64,000 nucleotides of DNA, taken from contig NC_090602.1 of assembly GCF_000497125.1 (NCBI RefSeq), positions 310,001 to 374,000 of the forward strand, given 5' to 3'. Position numbers and translations under genes: made by a program. Position 1 is the first letter of the stretch. Each line of letters opens with the position of its first letter. The notes beneath the pieces were generated by a model that searched no databases, was not told where the DNA came from, and saw nothing but the letters and a program-made list of their open reading frames with translations. Below are positions 24,815 through 34,788 of the stretch, piece by piece. Source of the DNA: Spironucleus salmonicida. Taxonomy: Eukaryota.

Positions 24815-25477
24815 ATGGCCTTTAATTTTGGAGGCGCAGCAGCTAAGCCTACTACTGGCTTCTCTTTCGGTGGTACAGCACCTTCTACAATATAATAACC
24901 AACTTCAGCGTTTGGCACTACTCAACCTGCCACAACATTTGGTTCAGCTTAGCCAACAACTACATTTGGAACATTTGGTGCACAAAAACCAGCTACAGCG
25001 GGATTCGGCAACTTTGGAGCTTCAGCTACTACTGTAAATTCCTCACTACCGTAGCCTATCACACTTTCGCAATAAGATCTTTACTTAGCTCCAGAAGAGC
25101 ATGTCAAACGTCTTTCTTAAGAGCTAGAAATGTAAGCAACACAATTTAGTGAAATTTCTGCAGGAATTTTATAGTAAGATCAAAGAAATTACGAAATTTA
25201 TAATTAACTAGAAACATTTTCTCTTCTACTTGATAAACTCACTTCAAAGCAGGAAAATTAAAGATAGGAAATTGCAAAAATTGCATCAGTTTAATAACAA
25301 TTGTATCAGGATTTGAACCAAAAACCTAAAAACCCAAACGCTAAAATTTCGTAAGTTGCCAGGCTAATGGTAGAAGTTGAATCGTAGATTGAAGCGGTGA
25401 GTGCAGGAAGTGTAAACATTTTGAGGGATATTTAAGAGCAGGCAACCGTATTAGAAAATTTGAAAACAATCAAGTGA
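24815..25477 (+). CDS. NUP62: FG nucleoporin, Nup62/Nsp1-like, 220 aa
   Basis: MAFNFGG...GFSFGG...FG repeats followed by coiled coil ELEMQATQFSE...QQD (Nsp1_C-like). Confidence 0.75.
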
Positions 25478-25505
25478 ATTAATTTAATATTTTAATCAAA
25501 TTCTC

Positions 25506-26054
25506 TCACTAACTCTGCTCCTATTTCCGCTACTTCAAAACACGTTTTCTAGCAATTAGCATATGTTTAAAAAGAAGTGGAAAACCTGGTACGTAAATTA
25601 ATAAAGCTATCAAATCCAACACATTAAATTAACGCTAGAAATGTTAATAAATTAGCGGAATCTCGCCAAAGAAAACACCTATTGGGTATAAAAGCAAGAA
25701 AGCTGAATAACGTAACCATTTTAAGGTTTAAAATGAGTAGTATTAGTATCTTACTACCTCGGCAGATGCCCAAGCTCCTACCATAAGCCGCCAGAAAATA
25801 CAGTAAATTGGATAATTTTATGCAAAAATAGCTATTAAATATACTCTTGAAGCTATTTATATGAATACAATTAGTGGTTTAGATGAAGTAAATTTTAATA
25901 TAGCGTGAAGTACATCCATGACCATAAAGAGTTAAAAGAAAGTGAGGATCTTACAGCATTAAATGGGGTTAGTGAGGTTCATAAAAAAAATAATGAGCCA
26001 GCCTATTACGTTTACTCGGTTATATAACGCTAGATAGAGTGATTTTAGCTTCAT
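25506..26054 (-). CDS. PHS1: Very-long-chain 3-hydroxyacyl-CoA dehydratase (PTPLA/PHS1/HACD), 182 aa
   Basis: YLALYN..GW, DVLHA, QIASR, AWASAEVVRY, WLRYSAFLLLYPIGV..GE. Confidence 0.85.
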
Positions 26055-26106
26055 TTATTTATGCGAAGGTTCAAAAAGGTTATTAAAATAATATATTAAA
26101 TACCAA

Positions 26107-26865
26107 TCACTAGCTGATATCGATAAAATCGTCGCCACAAGTTACTTCAACTAAGCTTGACTGGTTCGTAATGATTTCAACAGCCTTCTTAATAAGAATA
26201 TTATTTTAATTTATCTTTTTCTAAAATTAAATTAGATTTTACTCGGTTTCTTAAACCATGCTGGTAAGGTTTGAGTGGAAATAATCATTTTCTTTAATAT
26301 GTAATTTATTTATCATCCTTGACGATTTCTCAAGTTAGTTAATCGAAGATTACAACAATGAAAGATTTTATTAGTCCATATCACTAGCTCTAGTTTTGCA
26401 CATATTCATGGATTTTTCAATTTCATCTAAGAACATTAAGTCATTTTTCTATTAATTAGACTGAGGTGAAAATGATAGAGGGGCCTGAGAAAGTTCTAAA
26501 TTTAATTAATTAGATTTTGCTAGATCTTACTGATATGATTTTTCTAAGATATTAAGTTCTTCAAGAAATTCAACTGATTTCTTGCGTTCAATTTTTGGTA
26601 AGTACCTAGCCATTACATGATCTGGAATATCAAGAAGCATATTATCTTTGGGAAATTTATTAAAAGGATCCTCTAGCTTATTTATATTATTATCTAAAAT
26701 AGCTTTAACTTAAAGCCTTAATAGCTTACAATACTTTACTACTATTTATTTTTCTGATGATAAATTTGCTGGTCTTTTTAACCTTGATATCCATTTTTTA
26801 ACATATATTTTAATAGATTAAGGCAGTGATTCAACCACATGCTCTACTAATATTAAATTGTCCAT
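26107..26865 (-). CDS. Hypothetical protein, 252 aa
   Basis: Code 6 ORF MDNLILVEHVVESLP..., ending TAG-TGA. Confidence 0.6.
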
Positions 26866-26903
26866 TTGAAATTTTATGGCATAACATATATAATATTAAT
26901 ATA

Positions 26904-27293
26904 TCATTTAAGTTTTCCTTGAAGCGCTGTTCTGTTCAATTTATCATAATTACGCACTATTTAGTCACTAAGTGCGACTTTTTAAAACAAAAGTTCACGA
27001 TACTTTTATAAACCTTATGAAATTTTAAAATCATCTAGTGTAAACTCATACCGTTATAGGGGCGTCTATGATTTAGGTCTAGAAAAACTATTACCGTTTG
27101 ATAGGAAAACTTGTTAGTTGTCCTAAATACATGACGATGAAAGTTTTCTAATAAAGCTTTCATTACTTACCTTAAGTTTGTGAGTTTCATCAGATTCTAC
27201 ATTTATATTAAACAGCATTTCATGATAAACTCGACTCATCGGCTTAGGTTTAATTCTTGATTTAGTTATTGGTAATAAAATAGAGTAACTCAT
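26904..27293 (-). CDS. Hypothetical protein, 129 aa
   Basis: Code 6 ORF MSYSILLPITKSRIKPKP...ALQGKLK-TGA. Confidence 0.55.
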
Positions 27294-27582
27294 TAATAAA
27301 AACAATACAAAAATAATATAAATACTATATCAAAAACAAACTAATTAACCACTTCTGTATGGCTTGACCTGGAGGTTGTGGATCATTAGTTATCATGGCA
27401 GTGTTTGCTATTATATCTAGTTGCATTGAAAAGCGTACAGAGAATAAAAGGTTAAATTCAAAGACTAGTACTAAGTAGGCATGTGGCCCTAAAGGATGAG
27501 GCCGTTGAAGCTAATTACGAATCAATAAATCGGTGAATTTTCCACATAAACTTAGGATTGTGGCAAATGAGATAATATTATA

Positions 27583-28080
27583 TCACTTTTATCCTTCGAT
27601 AACTTTAACATCTTAACCGAATCTTTCATTAGAGTCATATCTAGCTCCACCAGCAGCTCTAATTTTATCTCTAACGAGATCTTTATTAATTTCATCTGAG
27701 TTTCTAGCTTAAATAGTAACATGTATATAGCCCAAACAGCTTTTTAAAGCTTCGCCATGTGGTCCAGCTAGGACACGAGTAACCTACTTGATTGTTTCAG
27801 GAACCCACTATATAAATAAAAATTTGGTTCTGACTGAGGAATCATCGCCGCCATTAACTCTCCATAAAATATAGCAAACTTCGTCAGCTAAGAATTTCTC
27901 AATATCCTCATATGCCTCAGCTTTTCCAGATTCAGCTAAGTAAATTAAGTCCTTTTTACCTGCTACATATTTAAACGCAACAAAATGGACTTCATTGTTA
28001 TCTTCTTTTAATAAGCTTAACTCTTAATCAATTTTTTCTTTATCTTAAAGTTAAATACATTAAACTTTAGTGATTGACAT
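27583..28080 (-). CDS. ADF-H domain actin-binding protein (coactosin/drebrin-like), 165 aa
   Basis: FVAFKY..., GGDDSSVRTKFLFIQWVPE, HVTIQAR, KIRAAGGARY. Confidence 0.8.
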
Positions 28081-28464
28081 TTAGTGGAAGGAATGATATA
28101 TATTTAATAACACTTTAAAGTAATATAATAATTTATAATAATTTGAAAAAACTGTTTACTAGTTATATAAATATTTATTATATACTTAGATGACTACTTT
28201 TTATATGTATGATAAACTGTCTTTAATATTGTTAATTTATATTTGAATATAACTTTATGATCACAGATTATCTATTCTATGTACTAATTTCATCTTTTAA
28301 AAAATTATTATACATATTTATCTATAGCTTTGATGCAATTTACAAAAATAAGCCGGGATTAAGCTAGATTTGAATTTAATTTAAAATTTGAAATTAATAT
28401 TATCACATAATAAGATATTATTCTTTTACAATATTAAAAATCATTATAAATATCAATTTATCAC

Positions 28465-29241
28465 TCAAATAACATTTTCAACTTTTAAGTATTCAGTCTT
28501 GAAATCCATTTCGTCAAACTTCTTTTGAATTGCCCAAATACCTGCTTACTCGCTTCTCCAATGGCCTAAAACTAACAAACCTAACCCGTTTTCTAAACTA
28601 TTTATGGGGTGATACTCACTAATCTCGCCTAAAATAAAAAGTTGACAGTCTCCAAAAACACTTTCAGCAGCATTACCACTCCCACCACTACAAACGAAAA
28701 TTTTTTCAGGTACCTCTTGACTCTACCATAAAAGTGAGTTTCCAATTGATTTTGGACCAAATTTAGATTCTGAGGTTACTGTTATCTTATAGTTTTCCTC
28801 TCCAAAAAACGTATTAAGCTTTTCTGCAATTTGGGTACATGTAAGTTTTAAAGAATTTTTACCGACAAAACCACATGATTATCTAACACAATCAGTAAGA
28901 CCTATTTCACGTGAAATAACTGCATTATGACCAAATTCCTCCTAACCATCTAAAGGTAAATGATAAGCAAAAACTGAAATTCCGGCTCTACAAAGCTTTC
29001 TTAATTTTGAAGCTTCTGTGCGTTAAAAGCAGAAAAATTTTTTTCCGAAATATCCATGGTGCACGAAAATGGCGTCAAAATTATTAGCAATTGCATAGTC
29101 GATTAGATGCTCTGAAATAGAGACTGAAAATAAGATGGACCTGATCAGACGATCACCTTCAAGCTAAAGACCATTTATTGTGAAATCGTCAAAATGAGGA
29201 AACCAGGGTGAAATCTTTTTTAATAAATCTTATGGATGCAT
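28465..29241 (-). CDS. NIF3/YbgI-like dinuclear metal protein, 258 aa
   Basis: DFTINGLQLEG, AIFVHHGYF, AYHLPLDG..ELGHN, VCSGGSG, FLGEISE, GHWRSEQAG. Confidence 0.85.
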
Positions 29242-29609
29242 TTGTTAAAAAGTGATTTACTTAATATTATATTAATATTATAATTATACCTTGATAGAAT
29301 ATATACAAAATAAACGAAAGTATATGAAAATATATTAGTAGCTATAACTGATATATAAATATTAGTTATATTTTTTAAACATTTAGGTAAACTTATAAAT
29401 TAATATGTTTATATAATAGAAATGATCTTTAGTTCCGAATAATATTAATAACTTTCACAAAAAGAATTATAATTATCTTTTCTAATTTTATATGTATAAA
29501 ATTAATAAGCATATTAATGTAATTTTTAACTCAATATTTATGTTAATTAAGAATGATTTTATTAAGATTATATAATATATAGTACTATTAGTATAATTTT
29601 TTGGTCAGA

Positions 29610-29918
29610 ATGGGTGCGGATATTCCGACTTTAGGTATGCCAACAATTAATTTAAGCAGACCAGTTAGTTATGATATTTCTCAATAAATGTAATCGTAAG
29701 TAAAGAGTTCGTCTTTTTAAGCAATGCTTAACGATACTTATTGTTAATAAGAGGCATAACAAACTGATACCAATTATTGTTGGTTTGGAGAGAAGAAGTG
29801 TAAAATACATGGAGGTAGCGAGTGTTATGACTTCAGTTATATTAGTAAAATAGATGAATAGAGTAATGTAGATAACATGGAAGTTAGTTAAAGTTAAAAT
29901 GTTAGCTTTTGGGTTTGA
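29610..29918 (+). CDS. Hypothetical protein, 102 aa
   Basis: Code 6 ORF MGADIPTLGMPTINLSRP...SFWV-TGA. Confidence 0.45.
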
Positions 29919-30017
29919 TATGATTACATACATATTTTTCAGTAAGTGTAAATAAAACTCAGTCATTATTAATAATTAGCATTGTATTTATTGAATAACA
30001 TTGAAAATATTGTTATT

Positions 30018-30734
30018 ATGTAAAATGAAACAGTAAATGCAAAGATATCTTTGCACCCACTTTTCTATAAAATACTAGGAGAGCTAGTCACCAAGTAGAT
30101 ATTATTATATTAGTTTGTATTTTTCAGTATAACTGGATAGTTAAATGTTGAATTTTGTAATATTTCAATATTATCTTAGCTCTCATACGAAAGAAATTAA
30201 TTCTATAAATGTATAACTATTTCTTATTAAGGTGTAAAAGCTTTTGTCAATTTCTTTAACTAACGATATGTAATAATATTACTGTACTAATCATAAATAT
30301 ATGTTGTAGACGAAGTTTAAATATTATCTAGAGAAATTTACTCAATAGAAAATTCAAACAAATCCATAGCATTAGTTGTAAATTCATAGAAAATCTACTA
30401 ATCCTTTTTAACAATAAAAATAGCAGTTCTCTATATAAATACATTGTCTAATTTTGAATTTGTGATAACAAGCTCTAAAATTGCATCTTCATTAGTTTTA
30501 ATATAAAGTTAATTTAGTCCTTACAATACCCCAAAATTAGTACTTTCTTATAAAAATAAAGTCCTTGATGTAGTAAAATTTTTATATTCCAATGTTAAAT
30601 GGGGTGCTGAGCCGGTTTTATATATCTAAAAGTTTTATGTTGAAAAATTAATCTATAAATTTTGTGAAGAGTTGATATATATACTTTAGTTAGGTGGCAC
30701 AACTATCGACTATTTTTTCAACGAGTACATTTGA
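30018..30734 (+). CDS. Hypothetical protein, about 238 aa (start uncertain)
   Basis: Code 6 ORF MQNETVNAKISLHPLFY...FFNEYI-TGA. Confidence 0.45.
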
Positions 30735-30891
30735 TGAGCGTAAGAAGCTAGAGTAAATGTAAGTATAACATCAATCGTTGCAAGAGCTATCATTTTCTGA
30801 CTTAGATAATTATGTTTATTATAATATATAACTTAAAAATTATTCATTGACTATAATTATTAATTACTTTACCTTCCACAAACCATTCTAA

Positions 30892-31512
30892 ATGAAGCAT
30901 ATATTTCCCCACTTAAAGCTAAATTTTACTCGTGCAGAAAAGCGTCTCAACTAGTTCATTTTAGAAAAGTTCCCTTATTTCAAGCCTACAAGGCCAACAG
31001 TCGATGACCTCCGCACATTGGAGTCTTAAAAATAAAATATTGAAATCAACTTTGAGGCGCTCTAAATGCTCCAAGCTGACCTTATTTTAAAAGACTTATC
31101 GGCACTAATTACCATACTAAACTAAGGAAAACAGCTAATCTAAGTCTACTTTAGGCAGTTGCAAAAAGACAAAAGATAGCTTATGCGAGATTTGAAATTC
31201 GCCGACAACTCGCTCGCTGCCCTGGAATTTCAACGAAATTGGCTTCCATACCGCCCCTATCACGTTGTTTTCAGGCCAAATTTTCCAAATTTGGAGGAGC
31301 AGCTCAAAATTCAAAACGATTTTGCGCTCCAATTGAGCTCAAAGGTCTTCACAAAGTGCGACGCGAACTTAGCACCGGAAATGCTGTACTTTGTTGATTT
31401 GACCAGAGTGTGCAGAGCCTGCTTGCGGCTGCAAAACAGCAAAGAGGAAGGCGATTTTGCCGCTATCAACGAAGAAGGTGAGGGCGTCGATTTGGGATAA
31501 TTTTTCGAGTGA
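30892..31512 (+). CDS. Hypothetical protein, 206 aa
   Basis: MKHIFPHLKLNF... in frame with track ORF 31183-31500, read through TAA to GAG-TGA. Confidence 0.7.
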
Positions 31513-32057
31513 AGTATTGCTGCGTATTTCATTTTATCAAATTATAGCATTAAATAGTATAAAAATTATTTTCAGTTTACGGATAGGGCAATGCTTTGGT
31601 TGAGATTGCGCCGTGCTTAGGGCGTGATAGCACGATCCTGCGCGTGCCGGGCGGTGGCGACCGATTACTGCCGGCGGGGAGCCCTGCACGCAAAATTCTG
31701 CACCACGCATCCGTCTGTCTCTTCGTGCTCTGCAGGGCCGCGCTGCCTCGCCACTGGACCTACAACAGAGGATGCATAGAATCGGTACCCGCCCGCCAGA
31801 ACATCCGGGCCCGCGGGCTGGCTCGTGGCAGTCCGCTGTCCGGGACCGTTGGGCGGTGGGACCCTGCGCAGAGGCACCCCGCACTCCAATCTCGCACTGG
31901 CATCCCAGACTGGCGCACGGGCCGCAGCGAAAGGCCCTGCCACAGTGGACCGCGTGCGGCACTTGCATTTTCCACTCGCCAGGAGCGGCGGAGCGACAAA
32001 GAGTTATATCAGGGAGCTATCTAATAGGGAAGATAATAGTAACCTTTCTCGGCGATA

Positions 32058-32351
32058 ATGCCGTTCATGCCCCTGAACACCGTCAAGGACGACAACTACT
32101 TCCTGGCCTTCATGGAGGTCATGTTCAGCTTCGACATCGTGGTGCAGAGCAAGGCGCACGCCGCCAAGCTGTACCTGGAGGCGCGCGAGCGCAAGGTCAT
32201 TCAGAACACCGACAGGTTCATGAAGCGCGTGGCGGAGGTGTACAGCGAGCTACTGGGGACCAAGCCCATCAACTACAAGCAGGCCGCCCAGTACTTCCAG
32301 AAGACCTTCAAGCGCCACGCCGCCAACTTCGATCCGGCGAAGCTGATGTGA
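32058..32351 (+). CDS. Conserved 97-aa hypothetical protein, GC-rich copy 2
   Basis: Same translation as 23799-24092. Confidence 0.85.
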   Translation: MPFMPLNTVKDDNYFLAFMEVMFSFDIVVQSKAHAAKLYLEARERKVIQNTDRFMKRVAEVYSELLGTKPINYKQAAQYFQKTFKRHAANFDPAKLM

Positions 32352-32393
32352 GCCGCTCCCTCTCACTGACTCTGGGCGAAGCTCCCCTCCATA

Positions 32394-33287
32394 ATGGACT
32401 CGCTGAGCCTGCCGCCCTACACCCTCTCCGCCACACCGGCAGCCGTCCGCCTGCACGCCGCCGTCCAGCGCAAGGAGCTGCACCTGGGCCTGCTGCGGGA
32501 CCTGCCCGGGCTGGTGCACCCCAGGCCGTAGCTCTCGGCGTGCTCGTTCGCCCCGGACGCGCACGTCTTCCTGGCGGTCCCCCAGCGCGTGACACCCACC
32601 TTCACGCTCTTCGCGGACAGCTCGGCCGCCGTGGTCGCCTTCCCCCTTGGCGTGGCGCTGGAGCAGGGCGCGCTGTACGCGCTCGTGAACTTCCGGCTGT
32701 TCACCGCCAAAAGGGATACGTACTGCCTCGTGGTCGACAGCCAGGCGCAGCTCATCAACCTGGGGCAGCGGCCCCGCACCTGCCGGCTGCTGCACTGCGC
32801 CAGCCCCGTCTTCGGGGAGCTGCTGCTGTGCAACCGCCACTACGACCGGCAGTTCCGCGCGCTGAACCAGCAGCTCGAGTTCCGGCAGCAGCGCCTCACG
32901 GGCCAGTTCCGCTTCCTGGACCTCAGCCGCGGCCTCGCGCGGGAGTACCAGGACTTCCTGCACCAGCAGGCCCTGCAGCTCGAGCAGCTCGAGCGGACGC
33001 GCACGCGGCAGTTCCACCTCCCGGCGCCCATCCGCTTCGAGGAGGCCCGCTACGAGAACCAGGCGGTGGCCTGCTTCCACTGCCTGGACTGCCAGAAGGT
33101 GTACCTCGAGCGCTGGAAGCGCTGCCTGCAGCTCAACCACCGCATCGTGGAGCGCGAGATCTGGCAGTTCGAGGCCGTGTGCGCCCGGTGCGAGAAGAGC
33201 GTCGTGACCTTCAAGAACGACGAGACCTGCGTCGTGTGCGGCGGAGAGATGCACAACCGCCTGGACCTGGGGCTGGTGCAACGGTGA
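32394..33287 (+). CDS. MCM10: MCM10-like replication initiation factor, copy 2, 297 aa
   Basis: ATG 32394, TAG(Gln) at 32529; same motifs as copy 1. Confidence 0.7.
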
Positions 33288-33331
33288 GCGCCCGCAGCGG
33301 AGGATCGTCGCGCCCCAATAGCATCACCCGC

Positions 33332-33745
33332 TCACTCGACCGCATGGTACTTCACGAAGTGGCTCAGCTCCCTCCGGATCGCGCCAGTTCGGAGGGGGCT
33401 CGGCGTTCGCACTGCCGGCTGCCTCGGCGTCGCCCTCCCGCACTGCGTCTTGGGCCGCTCAACCACCTCGTACTGCTCCCTGTACTGCAGCTGCCTGGCG
33501 GACTTGATGGCGTCCAGCTTGTGCAGCTTTTGCTGGCACTTCTCGTCGATCCGCCCCGGCAGGTCGTAGTACGATTTTTGCTTCAGAACAGACTTTATTG
33601 AAGGAGTATAAAGCGCCCTTTAAATTATATGATTATAGTTAACTGTCTTCGGTATATATGTTACTGATAAGATTTAATCCATATTAGTTGAGTCAAAAGT
33701 CAACATAGAAAACTAAAGAGTATGCTTATCAATATTCTACTACAT
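33332..33745 (-). CDS. Hypothetical 137-aa protein, copy 2 (diverged AT-rich N-terminus)
   Basis: MQQNIDKHTLQFSMLTFDSTNMDQI...PSIKSVLKQKSYY..., same length as copy 1. Confidence 0.8.
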
Positions 33746-34788
33746 TTTCAAAAATTTATTAAGATTAACTAATAGTTATATATTAAAAAATACTGATTGC
33801 TGGTTTCTTCACTTAATTATATTCATTTATTTACTAATATATTAGAGTCAAAGAAATATTAAGAAAAGGCGTTAAAATTTCGATTAATAAATATTAATTA
33901 TTGCACTATAAAGGTAATTATTTTATTAACGTGCTAATAATAATCTTTATCAAGCATAACCTTTATATCTATTATATTTTAAACATTATTATACGTATTA
34001 ATTGTTGTGACTTTTGACCACTATTTGAAGGTAATAAACTCCCAGTCGCATTAAATTTAATTATTTGATAACCTTTTTATTTTAAAATAGGCTGATTAAT
34101 GACTATTTATAGCGTTTTCCAATATATTATATAAGATAACATAATACATTCTTGTAATATTCCTAAATATATAATCAACTAAATATTATTTAAATATCAA
34201 CCTATTAATAATACTATAAAATATATACTTTTAAAACCTCTTTAATCATATTAAAATTAACAAACATACTTAAAGTCTTTTCATTTTTACTAATATTATA
34301 GGGTATAAATAAAATAATATGAGATGAATATACTCTAAGCTAAATTTACGAATGTTATTACTATAATAAAATTAGCTAAACGTAGTTTGAACAAATTTTT
34401 ATTATTTTTATTTCAATAATGCATCATTAATTAAAATATTTTATAATTGAAAAAAATTATTTTAAAATAAGTCGGAATTTTAATAATAAAAATCAATAAA
34501 TAAATATTAACAAAATTTATAGCAATATGGCTTATATTTTTCATAAAATACACCTAATTGTAACACACTCAGATAAGTCGAATATTTAAATGAAAAACAC
34601 ATGAAAAGCAAAAGCTAACATAAGTAATCATAAATAAATCTATTTAATCTTGCTATAACTGATACAAAGAATCAAACTCTAGATTGCTAATCCTGTAGGC
34701 TTGAACGGCGCATTTTTCATTCCCACTCCTTTTTAGTAAATTTTATATATTATTATATATAATATTATATATAAAATTACCGCAAATT

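Larger units (their letters stand above)
31599..33592. repeat. Right arm of inverted repeat B
   Basis: Reverse complement of 22558-24551. Confidence 0.97.

Noticed and set aside
28075-28080. Symmetry centre of repeat B coincides with the ADF-H gene start
   Set aside because: No local hairpin or motif there; treated as coincidence.
22558-33592. Transposon or Polinton with long terminal inverted repeats
   Set aside because: No transposase, integrase or polymerase recognised, and no target-site duplication seen. Homology continues in diverged form beyond the outer edges, and the spacer holds housekeeping genes.
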